Source: an uncultured Bacteroidales bacterium
GTDB lineage: Bacteria; Bacillota_I; Bacilli_A; ML615J-28; CAG-698
Assembly (NCBI GenBank): GCA_964516425.1
Contig: CAZFAM010000006.1
Span: 1-58,331, forward strand
DNA length: 58,331 nucleotides
Direction of reading: 5' to 3'
The translations under genes and the position numbers were made by a program. The notes below the pieces were generated by a model. It did no database searches. It saw nothing but the letters and a program-made list of their open reading frames with translations, and was not told the DNA's origin. Shown here in pieces: positions 1 to 10,074 of the stretch. The stretch's first letter is position 1; every line of letters begins with the position of its first letter.

Positions 1-42
1 TCACGCATGCATACACGGGTTCGAATCCCGTAAAGGTCACCA
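1..42 (+). tRNA. 3' half of a tRNA, probably tRNA-Glu (anticodon cut by the window edge)
   Basis: T-arm ACGGG-TTCGAAT-CCCGT and acceptor end AAAGGTCACCA; closely parallels the 3' half of the complete tRNA-Glu at 4145-4221; hairpin plus T-tract follows at about 58-87. Confidence 0.85.
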
Positions 43-509
43 TTAATCGACATCTTTTAGTCTTCTGATAAAGAAGGCTAATTTTTGATTTTGTAGACCA
101 TTTTCCTTGAAATATAGTGAAATGGTCTCTTTTTTTATGCAAATAAAAGACTTTTTGTTGTATAAACAATAGTTGTAACTACAACTATGGGAGACTTACC
201 AGTGAATAAAACATTAACTTACGGGTATCGAACCTTTAGTTCCAATGGGAACTGAACCAGTAAGAGAAAATAGTGATAATGAAATGAATAATAAAAGAGT
301 TTTTCAAGTTGTGGACCGATTTTAAAGCCTTGTCTAGTTCTTTATAGATGATTTGAAAATGTATAAAGGTTTAAATGATAAAGATGATGTTGACCAAGTT
401 TCAAAGTATTTAGTTAAATTGTGAATCATGTAGATTAATTAAACTGGTTATATTATTATTTTTTTAGTAATAAAAAGATAAAAGATAGAATAAAAAAATT
501 ACGATTTTG

Positions 510-538
510 TTGCATAAATAAAAATAATTTAGTATAAT
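510..538 (+). promoter_or_regulatory. sigma70/sigmaA-type promoter
   Basis: TTGCAT (510-515), 17 bp spacer, TATAAT (533-538). Confidence 0.65.
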
Positions 539-544
539 AATTGT

Positions 545-650
545 GTGGGCGTTATAACTCACTCCTAAATAGAAGTGATATAACGTTTTAGGATACAATT
601 AGATAGTATTAAACAAAACTCTTCTATTAGGAATATAGGGGAGTTTTTTG
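545..650 (+). ncRNA. putative structured leader/attenuator or small RNA
   Basis: Hairpin CGTTATA..TCACT/AGTGA..TATAACG, then terminator-like stem AAAACTCTTCTAT/ATAGGGGAGTTTT with T-tract, between a promoter and the downstream ORFs. Confidence 0.4.
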
Positions 651-678
651 CTTACTAACAATAAGGAGGTGTTAACAA

Positions 679-765
679 ATGACAAGGATTTATTTATTAT
701 ATGGGGTGATTATCTTTGAAAGGTTAGTTGAATATATTAATATTGGAAGGAGTGATATAAAATGA
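679..765 (+). CDS. putative 28-aa peptide MTRIYLLYGVIIFERLVEYINIGRSDIK
   Basis: Strong SD AAGGAGGT 8 nt upstream of ATG; stop overlaps the next start as ATGA; below the ORF-track size cutoff. Confidence 0.35.
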   Translation: MTRIYLLYGVIIFERLVEYINIGRSDIK

Positions 766-1316
766 AAAAATTATTATTGATGTGTTTTATGTTGTTTATT
801 GCATTTACAATGGTTGGATGTACTCAAGAAACTGAAAAAGTAAAATTATATTATTCAAATAGCAATATGAATAAATCTTTAAAAATAGTCAGTGAAACAA
901 ATTCAGATAATACTATAAAAATACCTGAATTAGTAGAAAATGATACAAATTCAGATAAAATTATAAAAATACCTGAATTAGTAGCTGATAGTAATAATAT
1001 AGTTAATAATAGATTGATTATATATATAAAAAGTAATGACAATATAATAAAAAATCTACATGACGATTTTGTGACAATTGGCTTAGAATTAGAAAAAATA
1101 GAATGGTTGAATGAGTCATTATACAAAAATGAAAATAATAATGAGTTTATTATGATTTTATGTATTACTTTTAAAAATATAGACGATATACACATAAGTA
1201 AAATTAAAGATAAAGTAAAATTATTAGATTGTATTATTGATGTTTATGAAGTATTGATTTATGAAATACCCAATATTGATTTTATAGAAATAGAAAAAAT
1301 ATCTTTAAAAAAATAA
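762..1316 (+). CDS. hypothetical lipoprotein
   Basis: Signal peptide MKK plus hydrophobic stretch and lipobox MVGC; SD AAGGAG. Confidence 0.7.
   Translation: MKKLLLMCFMLFIAFTMVGCTQETEKVKLYYSNSNMNKSLKIVSETNSDNTIKIPELVENDTNSDKIIKIPELVADSNNIVNNRLIIYIKSNDNIIKNLHDDFVTIGLELEKIEWLNESLYKNENNNEFIMILCITFKNIDDIHISKIKDKVKLLDCIIDVYEVLIYEIPNIDFIEIEKISLKK
897..992 (+). repeat. 48-bp imperfect tandem repeat (2 copies) inside the lipoprotein gene
   Basis: ACAAATTCAGATAA...ATAAAAATACCTGAATTAGTAG at 897 and 945; encodes TNSDxxIKIPELV twice. Confidence 0.85.
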
Positions 1317-1682
1317 TTTTATAAATTAAACTCCCTTTAAAAAATGTATATATTTCTTGAACATATATTTAAAATAGTATATAATATATTTGAAACAGAA
1401 ATTCAAAATATGTTTAAGAGAAAAATTTATAGATAGGAAAAATGAGAAAGACAAATTAAACTATAGGTGAAGAACAAGTATCTAGATGAATACTTTTGTA
1501 GATAATGGGTTTCATTGAATGAGCAACTTATAATATCAATTAACCAACTTTATAATTTGGTTAATTGACTTTTTCTAACTCCCTTTTTAACAAATTAAAT
1601 GAAATAAATTTGGAAATGTAGTGTATTTTATAATTGATATAAAAAGTATGCAGATAGATTAAAAATATAGGAGATTAATAAA

Positions 1683-2201
1683 ATGAAATTGTTATTTGAA
1701 ATATCTAATACAAATGAAAAACCAAATGGAAATATATTAATCAGGCCTTCCGCTAGATCTATAATAATAAAAGATCATAAAATAGCAATGGTTCATTCAA
1801 TTAAATATAATTATTATAAATTTCCTGGTGGAGGATTAGAACAAAATGAAACTATGGAAGAAGCATTAATTAGAGAAACTATGGAAGAAGCAGGATTAAT
1901 AATTGAAAAAAACACAATTCAAGAATATGGTTATGTACATCGAGTTGAAAAGTGTAGAAATACGAAGTATGCTTTTTTGGTACAAGATAATTATTATTAT
2001 TTATGTAAAGTAAGTGATGAAAAAGCAATGCAAAAACTTGATGCATATGAATCTGAAGAACAATTCACTTTAGAGTATATTAATCCTATAAAAGCGATAG
2101 AAATAAATATGAATTGTGAACATGGACCTAAAAGTGTATTAATGATTCAGCGTGAAGCAAAAGTATTACAATTACTAATTGATGATGGATACTTTATGTA
2201 G
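1683..2201 (+). CDS. NUDIX hydrolase
   Basis: Nudix box GGGLEQNETMEEALIRETMEEAG. Confidence 0.9.
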   Translation: MKLLFEISNTNEKPNGNILIRPSARSIIIKDHKIAMVHSIKYNYYKFPGGGLEQNETMEEALIRETMEEAGLIIEKNTIQEYGYVHRVEKCRNTKYAFLVQDNYYYLCKVSDEKAMQKLDAYESEEQFTLEYINPIKAIEINMNCEHGPKSVLMIQREAKVLQLLIDDGYFM

Positions 2202-2250
2202 TTTATTTAAAAAAGTAAGATGTGAAATTTAAGTTATAACAGCTTGAAAG

Positions 2251-2367
2251 TGAAAACGTTTAAACAAATATAAAATGAATCCTAAAATTCATTATAAGCT
2301 GAATTAAAGGTGTTAAATCTGAAAATATTCAAAAATTCTTTAGAATTAAAAAAAGAAAGCGTTTATA
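2251..2367 (+). promoter_or_regulatory. possible cre-like (CcpA/LacI-type) sites upstream of pckA
   Basis: TGAAAACGTTTAAA (2251-2264) and AGAAAGCGTTTATA (2354-2367) resemble TGNAANCGNTTNCA; chance matches are possible in AT-rich DNA. Confidence 0.25.
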
Positions 2368-2460
2368 AAAAAATGAATATAATAATTGCAAATAATAATT
2401 TTTCGTGATAAAATAATAGTGTATAATAAGGGATAGAAAATCCCATTATAGGAGGAAAGA

Positions 2461-4065
2461 ATGAAAAAATTAGATTTATCAAAATATGGTATTCATGGCG
2501 TTCAAGAAATTGTTTATAATCCATCTTATGAAACTCTTTTTGAAGAGGAAACAAAAACTTCTTTAGAAGGATATGAAAAAGGGCAAGTAAGTGAATTAGG
2601 TGCTGTAAATGTAATGACTGGTATTTATACAGGTCGTTCTCCAAAAGACAAATTTATAGTTGTGGATGAGAATTCTAAAGATACTGTATGGTGGACATCT
2701 GAAGAATATAAGAATGATAATCATCCAGCTTCTGAAGAAGCATGGCAAGAAGTTAAGAAAATTGCTTTAAATGAATTATCAAATAAAAGATTATTTGTGG
2801 TTGATGCATTTTGTGGTGCCAACAAAGATACTCGTATGGCAGTTCGCTTTATTGTGGAAGTTGCATGGCAAGCACATTTTATTAGAAATATGTTTATAAA
2901 ACCAACAGAAGAAGAATTAAATGATTTTGAACCTGATTTTGTTGTATATAATGCGTCAAAAGCAAAAGTGGAAAATTATAAAGAATTAGGATTAAATTCA
3001 GAAACATGTGTAATGTTTAATATTACTAGTCGTGAGCAAGTAATTATCAATACTTGGTATGGTGGAGAAATGAAAAAAGGTATGTTCTCAATGATGAACT
3101 ATTATCTACCATTAAAAGGAATTGCATCAATGCACTGCTCTGCTAATACTGATATGGAAGGTAAAAATACAGCAATTTTCTTTGGTTTATCAGGAACTGG
3201 AAAAACAACTTTATCAACAGATCCAAAACGTTTATTAATTGGTGATGACGAACATGGATGGGATGATAATGGAGTATTTAATTTCGAAGGCGGATGTTAT
3301 GCTAAAGTTATTAACTTAGATAAAGAATCTGAACCAGATATTTATAATGCTATTAAACGTAATGCATTATTAGAAAATGTTACATTAGATGAAAATGGAA
3401 AAATAGATTTTGCGGATAAAAGCGTAACAGAAAATACTCGTGTATCATACCCTATTGATCATATCAATAATATTGTACGTCCTGTATCTTCAGCTCCAGC
3501 TGCTAAAAATGTAATATTCTTATCTGCTGATGCATTTGGAGTATTACCTCCTGTATCTATTTTAACACCTGAACAAACTCAATATTATTTCTTATCTGGA
3601 TTTACTGCAAAATTAGCAGGTACAGAACGTGGTATTACAGAACCAACTCCTACTTTCTCAGCATGTTTCGGTCAAGCATTCTTGGAATTACATCCAACAA
3701 AATATTCAGAAGAATTAGTTAAAAAAATGGAAAAGAGCGGTGCTAAAGCTTATTTAGTAAATACAGGCTGGAATGGTACTGGTAAACGTATATCTATTCG
3801 TGATACTCGTGGTATTATTGATGCTATTTTAAATGGCGATATTTTAAATGCCCCAACAAAGAAAATTCCATACTTTAACTTTGAAGTTCCTACAGCTCTT
3901 CCAGGTGTTGATCCAAAAATTTTAGACCCTCGTGATACATATCAAGATGCTTCTATTTGGGAAGAAAAAGCAAAAGATTTAGCAGGAAGATTTATTAAAA
4001 ACTTCGCAAAATATGAAGGCAATCCTGCAGGTAAAGCATTAGTTAAAGCTGGACCAACAAAATAA
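2461..4065 (+). CDS. pckA: phosphoenolpyruvate carboxykinase (ATP)
   Basis: [47 protein letters not shown] motifs; 534 aa. Confidence 0.98.
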   Translation: MKKLDLSKYGIHGVQEIVYNPSYETLFEEETKTSLEGYEKGQVSELGAVNVMTGIYTGRSPKDKFIVVDENSKDTVWWTSEEYKNDNHPASEEAWQEVKKIALNELSNKRLFVVDAFCGANKDTRMAVRFIVEVAWQAHFIRNMFIKPTEEELNDFEPDFVVYNASKAKVENYKELGLNSETCVMFNITSREQVIINTWYGGEMKKGMFSMMNYYLPLKGIASMHCSANTDMEGKNTAIFFGLSGTGKTTLSTDPKRLLIGDDEHGWDDNGVFNFEGGCYAKVINLDKESEPDIYNAIKRNALLENVTLDENGKIDFADKSVTENTRVSYPIDHINNIVRPVSSAPAAKNVIFLSADAFGVLPPVSILTPEQTQYYFLSGFTAKLAGTERGITEPTPTFSACFGQAFLELHPTKYSEELVKKMEKSGAKAYLVNTGWNGTGKRISIRDTRGIIDAILNGDILNAPTKKIPYFNFEVPTALPGVDPKILDPRDTYQDASIWEEKAKDLAGRFIKNFAKYEGNPAGKALVKAGPTK

Positions 4066-4071
4066 AATATT

Positions 4072-4103
4072 AGAACTCTATTTTAAAATAGGGTTCTTTT
4101 TTT
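4072..4103 (+). terminator. rho-independent terminator of pckA
   Basis: AGAACTCTATTTT/AAAATAGGGTTCT stem followed by a T-tract. Confidence 0.75.
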
Positions 4104-4144
4104 ATTGAAAAATTAATAAAAAAGTGGTATACTATATTAGTATT

Positions 4145-4221
4145 GGCCTGTTGGTGAAGCGGTTTAACACATAAGCCTCTCAAGCTTACATACACGAGTT
4201 CGAACCTCGTACAGGTCACCA
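4145..4221 (+). tRNA. tRNA-Glu(CTC)
   Basis: Acceptor GGCCTGT/ACAGGTC, anticodon arm TAAGC-CTCTCAA-GCTTA, T-loop GTTCGAA, encoded CCA; terminator hairpin at about 4235-4269. Confidence 0.95.
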
Positions 4222-4380
4222 TTAAAGCAAGCTAATCTTGATACGTTAAAAGTATCAGGATTTTTTTTAGGGTTAATTTTTATCGCTAGGAAGCATTTGA
4301 ACGCTATTTTTAGAACATATTTTATATCAAAATTAATATCAATTATTGTAAATAATATCAACTTTTAATGATTACATAAT

Positions 4381-4605
4381 TTAAGTATTGTTATTTTGCA
4401 TTTTTCTTTCTCTAACAAGTCTAAAAAATGTTCCTCTAGAAATACCAAGCATTTTAGTAGCTTTTGTATTGGACATTAAATGATTAATATAATCATCTAA
4501 TATTTCATTAGTGTTATCAGGTGTAATAGCTCTAGGACGCCCAAACTTTACACCTTTTTCTTTTACTAGTTTTATTTCTTCAGCTTGTCTTTGTTTAATA
4601 TTTAT
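4381..4605 (-). pseudogene. C-terminal remnant of a serine resolvase/invertase
   Basis: Manual translation INIKQRQAEEIKLVKEKGVKFGRPR...KMLGISRGTFFRLV, which parallels NIKQRQMEGIKIAKAKGIHLGRP in the intact resolvase at 42592-43206; catalytic N-terminus missing. Confidence 0.8.
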
Positions 4606-4612
4606 TAATTTT

Positions 4613-4649
4613 ATGTCACAAATTAAAAAAAAATTCTAATTTGTGACAT
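4613..4649. repeat. perfect 13-bp inverted repeat; third copy of the motif at 5942-5952
   Basis: ATGTCACAAATTA (4613-4625) / TAATTTGTGACAT (4637-4649); AATTTGTGACA recurs after the ATPase gene. Confidence 0.8.
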
Positions 4650-4692
4650 ATATTTTTGATTTTGTGGTATAATATATGTGAGGTGGACGATT

Positions 4693-5916
4693 ATGCTAAT
4701 TAAAAGAAATAAATATTTGGAAAACATAAGCAGATTTTATGAATCTAATTTAATTAAAGTTTTAACTGGTGTAAGAAGATGTGGGAAAAGTGTTTTATTA
4801 AATCAAATTAAAGAAGAGTTAATTAATGAAAAAAAGATAAGAGAAGATCATATTATTTCGATTAATTTTGAAGATGTTAAATTTTCAATGATAAAAAACT
4901 ATAATAAATTAAACAATTATATTTTAAAAAGAATTAGTGATAATAATAAATATTATATTTTCTTGGACGAAATTCAACATGTTACACAATTTGAAAAAGT
5001 ATTAGCTTCACTTAAAGCAACTCAAAATGTATCTATCTTTGTAACTGGAAGTAATTCTAAACTTTTATCTGGTAGACTTGCAAGTTTGCTTGTTGGCAGA
5101 TGTAAAGAATTTAAAATAATGCCGTTTACTTATAATGAGTTTATTAAATACTATGAAGAAAATGGATTAGAACTGCCTAAAAAACCTTTACAGAATTTTA
5201 TTAGATTTGGTGGTATGCCACAAAGAATGGATTATGATTTAGAGGAAGACATTAAAGAATATTTAAAATCAATTTATTATGGAATTATTGATAAAGATAT
5301 TTGTAATGAGAAATCTAAAATTGATAAAGAAACATTTATATTAATTTCTAAATATATTATCAATAATGCTTCAAAAGAATTTTCAGTTCAAAGCATAGTT
5401 GATTATTATAATTTAAATAATCAAAATGATATTTATAGAAAAATAGTTTATAGATATTTAGAAAAACTTGAACAAGCTTGTTTAATATCAAGAGTAAAAA
5501 GATATGACATAGCTACTAAAAGAACTTTAAAACAAGTTGAAAAACAATTTGTTGTTGATAATGGATTCTTACTTGCTTGTAATGATTCAAATAAAGTATT
5601 TGTTGCTCATGCTTTAGAAAATCTTGTATATAATGAATTACTTTATAGAGGATATGATGTAAAGATTGGTAAAACATATAAAGGGGAAATTGATTTTGTT
5701 GCTATGAAGGATGGTAAGAAATGTTTTATTCAAGTAGCATATTTACTATCAAGTGATGATGTTATTGAAAGAGAATTTAATGCATTTGATTCAGTTCGCG
5801 ATCAATCACCAAAGTATGTATTTAGTCTTGATGAATATGATATGTCAAAGAATGGAATAACTCATTTTAATATAGAAGATTGGCTTTTAAATAAGGTTGA
5901 CGTAACTTTATCTTAA
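4693..5916 (+). CDS. AAA_14 family ATPase with C-terminal DUF4143-like domain
   Basis: Walker A GVRRCGKS, Walker B FLDEIQ, VTGSNS, FGGMP, LEN.V..EL, EIDF..IQV; ATG 4693 preferred over GTG 4678 because of SD GAGGTGG. Confidence 0.9.
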   Translation: MLIKRNKYLENISRFYESNLIKVLTGVRRCGKSVLLNQIKEELINEKKIREDHIISINFEDVKFSMIKNYNKLNNYILKRISDNNKYYIFLDEIQHVTQFEKVLASLKATQNVSIFVTGSNSKLLSGRLASLLVGRCKEFKIMPFTYNEFIKYYEENGLELPKKPLQNFIRFGGMPQRMDYDLEEDIKEYLKSIYYGIIDKDICNEKSKIDKETFILISKYIINNASKEFSVQSIVDYYNLNNQNDIYRKIVYRYLEKLEQACLISRVKRYDIATKRTLKQVEKQFVVDNGFLLACNDSNKVFVAHALENLVYNELLYRGYDVKIGKTYKGEIDFVAMKDGKKCFIQVAYLLSSDDVIEREFNAFDSVRDQSPKYVFSLDEYDMSKNGITHFNIEDWLLNKVDVTLS

Positions 5917-6485
5917 CTGTCTTAACTCAAAAATTATTTTAAATTTGTGACACATAATTATAACTTTTTGTAAATGTATAAGGTGTAAAACAATTTGTAG
6001 TAAAAAGTGATTTTGTCATATGTCTTTTTACTATTTTAAAAATAAATGAATTAATAAATAACTCATCTGGAAGTATTCAAAGAATGTTAGACTCATTGAA
6101 AGCAAAAAGATACATAGAAGGAATGTGTACCAACAAAAAAAGGATATTAAAAAAAAGTAAAATAAAAAATTTATAAAATAGAAGTGGATAAATGGTATGA
6201 CACATAAGATGAACCTTTGGAATGAATCGTTCCTAAAAATTAAAAACAAAACTAAATGCTTTAATAAAAGAACATGAGATAGGAGATGGAGCACTAAAAA
6301 ATGTGAATGATGTATTTTGAATACTTTAAATTAATTTAATGAAAGTTTGAAAAGTTATGATTTGACATCGTATATTTATAAATGATATAATTTAATTGCC
6401 ACAAAATAGATACATAATGTAAACAAATATTGCTATAATAAAAAAATAAAAAGTTATAAAATAGAATCGAAAGGAGGAAGTTATT

Positions 6486-6902
6486 ATGACAATAGCAGAA
6501 AAGATAAAGCAATTACGAAAAGATAATAAAATGACACAAGAAGATTTGGCAGAAAAGTTAAATGTATCTAGACAAACTATATCTAAATGGGAAACAAATA
6601 TTGCAATTCCTGATGCTGATAATATAGTTGCTATTTCTAAATTGTTTAATATTACAACTGATGAATTATTAGATTATAAAGTTGAAACTGTTAAGAAGAA
6701 ACAACAATTTATACTTGATATGATCGTTTTAGCAGTTGGTATTATTGGTTTTATAATATTTGCTATTTTGCTTTTAACTAAGCAATTCGATGAAACATCA
6801 TCAGTAATTATTATAAATAGTTATGGGATTGCTGCAATTTTCTTTTTAATATTAATTATTGCTTTTATCATAATAATGATTAAACGAAATGCCAAAAAAT
6901 AA
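6486..6902 (+). CDS. XRE-family HTH regulator with C-terminal transmembrane helices
   Basis: IKQLRK..MTQEDLAEKLNVSRQTISKWE; two hydrophobic segments. Confidence 0.9.
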   Translation: MTIAEKIKQLRKDNKMTQEDLAEKLNVSRQTISKWETNIAIPDADNIVAISKLFNITTDELLDYKVETVKKKQQFILDMIVLAVGIIGFIIFAILLLTKQFDETSSVIIINSYGIAAIFFLILIIAFIIIMIKRNAKK

Positions 6903-7128
6903 ATTGACGATTCTAGTGAAAGTTTTGTCTGGACTAGTAGTAGTGACTTTTGTATTTTTTATTGTAAAGACAATAATAGAATGTATTAATACTTATAAAG
7001 ATATGGCAACATCATTTCCATGGTATACGCCCATTTTTATGAATTGTTTAATATTTGTTATTCCATTATTAATTGAGATTCTTTTATTGGGCTATTTTTA
7101 TATAAGATTAAAAAAAGATAATAATTAA
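6889..7128 (+). CDS. small membrane protein
   Basis: Two hydrophobic helices around TSFPWY; overlaps the XRE gene. Confidence 0.6.
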   Translation: MPKNKLTILVKVLSGLVVVTFVFFIVKTIIECINTYKDMATSFPWYTPIFMNCLIFVIPLLIEILLLGYFYIRLKKDNN

Positions 7129-7282
7129 TTTTAACATATCTAGTAAGCTAATATGTTAGAGAAAAAATATTTTGTAAACCTCAAAAAATTATATTTGCAT
7201 CCAAAATATTTTAAAACATAAAAAATTCTTTTAGGAAAAATTATTTTTATTGTTGGGGGGGTCTAGATAAAATTTTTATACT

Positions 7283-7369
7283 TGGGAAGCTGATATTACT
7301 ACTTTTAATGTAGTAATTCTAAAGAAATTTGCTAAAGCATTAGACGTAACAATTGATGAACTTGGCTAG
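7283..7369 (+). pseudogene. XRE HTH C-terminal remnant
   Basis: WEADITTFNVVILKKFAKALDVTIDELG*, no start codon. Confidence 0.55.
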
Positions 7370-7437
7370 AAAAAAGTATTTACAAAGATAAAAAGATATG
7401 TTATAATAACCTTGTCAATTGGAGAGACACTCATTAA

Positions 7438-7968
7438 AAAACAGAAGGTAAGAAAACCATTATTGTCATTGATAATCAAGGTAATAAATTAGAATCTACG
7501 TACCCTAAAAGGGCTAAGGGTCTTATTAAAAAAGGTAGGGCACGAGTTGTAGATGAGAATACTATATGCCTTGTGGACCTACCAAAACATATACTTTTGG
7601 AGGAAAATAAAATGAATAATAACAATATAAATTTACAAGAAAACAAAGAAGCAAAAATTGATTTAGCATACATCATGAGTAAGATTGATGAAATTACTCG
7701 AATGAATACTGATTTAATTAATAAGCAAAATTTTAGTGAAATGGCAAATGTTCCAGGATGCAAAAATCCTGTACAATGTATTTGTGAAACAAATAATAAA
7801 ATGATTGATTTCCTACAAGAAATTTACAAATCTCTTCAACCAAGTGATAACAAGGAAATCATATTAGGATTGACAAATACATTAAATAATGCAATTTGTG
7901 ATCTGGATGCTGATGAAGATGTTGTAAACCATTTGATTGATACTATTGCCAAATATATTGAAAAGTAA
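7438..7968 (+). CDS. hypothetical protein with N-terminal RRXRR/PLMP-like segment; start uncertain
   Basis: The track ORF 7573-7968 stays open upstream to 7438: IIVIDNQGNKLESTYPKRAKGLIKKGRARVVDENTICL. Confidence 0.55.
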   Translation, partial: KTEGKKTIIVIDNQGNKLESTYPKRAKGLIKKGRARVVDENTICLVDLPKHILLEENKMNNNNINLQENKEAKIDLAYIMSKIDEITRMNTDLINKQNFSEMANVPGCKNPVQCICETNNKMIDFLQEIYKSLQPSDNKEIILGLTNTLNNAICDLDADEDVVNHLIDTIAKYIEK

Positions 7969-8174
7969 TTAAAAATAAAGGATTTGACCGATTTGGTTAT
8001 ATCCTTTTTTTGATTTTGATAAGGTATCTTATATTATTATTTTTGTAATGTATTATTAATTTATAGTTGTTAATATATTGATTATTGCTATATTTCTAAA
8101 ACATTAATGTTAATGATACAATAAAGATAACCAAAAAGTAGAATGTTAATTTTGCTAATTCTGCTACTATAGGT
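7963..8174 (+). repeat. dispersed intergenic element, copy 1 (terminator-like hairpin, AT-rich tract, motif E)
   Basis: AAGGATTTGACCGATTTGGTTATATCCTTTTTTTG then TAATGATAC...TAGAATGTTAATTTTGCTAATTCTGCTACTATAGGT; similar to 10974-11123, 56359-56412 and 56811-56870. Confidence 0.6.
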
Positions 8175-8182
8175 GGGATATA

Positions 8183-8365
8183 TTGAAATTGCAGAACTTT
8201 CACCAAATTGAAGGATATGATGAGTATGATGTGATTCTTGTAAAAAACTTTAAGATTTTCGGTTTGGCGCCTGATGTTGCAATCGAGGAAATCAAGTATT
8301 TGAATGAAAATGGTGTGAAAGTCGTGGCAGCTGATGATGAGAATTACACCCAATTACTTGCCTGA
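8183..8365 (+). pseudogene. possible serine-recombinase-like fragment
   Basis: DVILVKNFKIFG...IKYLNENGVKVV resembles the resolvase core but lacks the catalytic motifs. Confidence 0.35.
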
Positions 8366-8546
8366 ACTCTACTGTAAACAGTATAAAGTAATTATTTGCA
8401 ACATAAATCGTTTCAAAAGATGAAAAGTTTTATAAAAATTTCATAAAATATGTTGACAAAATATCCTTTTGTGGGTATAATAATAGTGAAGTTTTAAGAA
8501 TTATTCTTCAAAACAGTCTAATCTTGTGTAATGGAGGTGTATTCAA

Positions 8547-9179
8547 TTGTTAGTAAGCAGATTAAAAAAACGTTTTGGATACGACAAGCCAATATTTACA
8601 GAAGATATTTTTGAGTGTATGAAAGACTATTCTCGTCAAAGAGTATATCAGTTGATCGATGATGCTCTAAAAAAAGAAACGCTTGTGCGTTTTGATACAG
8701 GTATATATTATTTGCCAACAGAAACAGAGTTCGGTCGTTCTGTACTGACAGTAAATGAAGTCGTAAATAGAAAATATATCAGCGACAACGGAGAAACATT
8801 CGGTATCTATGGAAAACATGTTATTGACTTGAACTTCTTGTTGAGTTATCAAGTTCCTAATACAATTGAAGTCATTACAAACAAAGAGTCAAGAGATGTA
8901 AGGGAAATTGAGATCAGAGGACGAAGGGTTATTTTGCGTAAATCACGTTTTCCGATTACAAGTGAAAATGAGAGTGCTTATACTCTTATGGAACTGTTTA
9001 ATGGTATGGATATGAGACAATACAGAGAGGATTCAAGGATAAGAGAAAGTATAAGCAGTTACATAAAGGAAAAGAAAATCAATAGTGAATCAATTTATGG
9101 CTTGGCAAGTTTTTTTCCTGCAAGAACGATGAAAAATTTAGCAACAAGTGGAGTATTATATGAAATTGCACAACAATAA
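8547..9179 (+). CDS. type IV TA antitoxin, AbiEi/DUF6088-like
   Basis: wHTH-like LVRFDTGIYY and LSYQVPN.IEVITN; overlaps the downstream nucleotidyltransferase. Confidence 0.75.
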   Translation: MLVSRLKKRFGYDKPIFTEDIFECMKDYSRQRVYQLIDDALKKETLVRFDTGIYYLPTETEFGRSVLTVNEVVNRKYISDNGETFGIYGKHVIDLNFLLSYQVPNTIEVITNKESRDVREIEIRGRRVILRKSRFPITSENESAYTLMELFNGMDMRQYREDSRIRESISSYIKEKKINSESIYGLASFFPARTMKNLATSGVLYEIAQQ

Positions 9180-10074
9180 AGAATCTTTTGAGAGATTGGT
9201 TAGATTAGTGAGTGACCATTATAGAATAGATCCGGCCCTTGTTGAAAAGGATTACTTTGTAACATTGCTTTTAAAAGAATTGACCGCAAGAGTTCCAAGC
9301 CTTTTATTCAAAGGTGGAACATCACTTTCAAAATGTTACAAAATAATTGATAGATTTTCCGAAGATATAGATTTGACTTTAGACGAAAATCATCAAACAC
9401 AAGGACAGAAAAGGCAAATGAAAGTCGAACTTGTTGAGGCTTGTGAAGTGCTTGGATTGAACTTGACGAACTTTGATGAGATAAGAAGCAGACGAGACTA
9501 TAATTGCTATAAAATCGAATATTCGATGCAACACCCGTCTGTAAGTATAAAACCTCTGTTGTTAGTTGAAACGACATATATAACGAAAGCATATCCGAGT
9601 GAGTTGAGACCTGCAACTTCAATCATTTATGATTATTTACATGAAACTGGCTACGAAGCAGCCATTGAAAAATATGAATTACAACCATTTGAAATTCGAG
9701 TACAAGCACTTGACCGAACATTGGTTGATAAGGTATTTGCCATTTGTGATTATGCTGTCGGAGAGCGAATTAAAAGAAATTCAAGACATATTTACGATTT
9801 ATCACGTTTGCTTACCAAAGTAAGTCTGGATGAAAAACTGAAAGAGTTAGTTAGAGATGTTCGTGCTGATAGAAAGTCACACGTACTTTGCTACTCTGCG
9901 CAAGATGGTGTAAATGTTCCCCAAATTCTTACTGAAATTGTTAAATCGGATATTTACAAAGATGATTATGGGACGATAACAAAAGCTATGATGTTCAAGT
10001 ATGTGCCGTATGAAGAAGCTATAAAAGCATTGGAAACGATTATTGCAAGCGGCGTGTTTGAAACAGAAAACTAA
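9160..10074 (+). CDS. AbiEii/AbiGii-family nucleotidyltransferase toxin
   Basis: VEKDY, FKGGTSLSK, RFSEDIDL, RTLVDK, SRHIYDL. Confidence 0.92.
   Translation: MKLHNNKESFERLVRLVSDHYRIDPALVEKDYFVTLLLKELTARVPSLLFKGGTSLSKCYKIIDRFSEDIDLTLDENHQTQGQKRQMKVELVEACEVLGLNLTNFDEIRSRRDYNCYKIEYSMQHPSVSIKPLLLVETTYITKAYPSELRPATSIIYDYLHETGYEAAIEKYELQPFEIRVQALDRTLVDKVFAICDYAVGERIKRNSRHIYDLSRLLTKVSLDEKLKELVRDVRADRKSHVLCYSAQDGVNVPQILTEIVKSDIYKDDYGTITKAMMFKYVPYEEAIKALETIIASGVFETEN

Noticed and set aside
190-430. GC-richer stretch with a hairpin and a minus-strand GGTTCGATACC T-loop-like motif
   Set aside because: No cloverleaf or known riboswitch; more likely a decayed coding fragment
1-4221. attL/attR duplication of tRNA-Glu flanking an island
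   Set aside because: The copies differ by compensatory stem changes and enclose pckA, so they are better read as two isoacceptor genes
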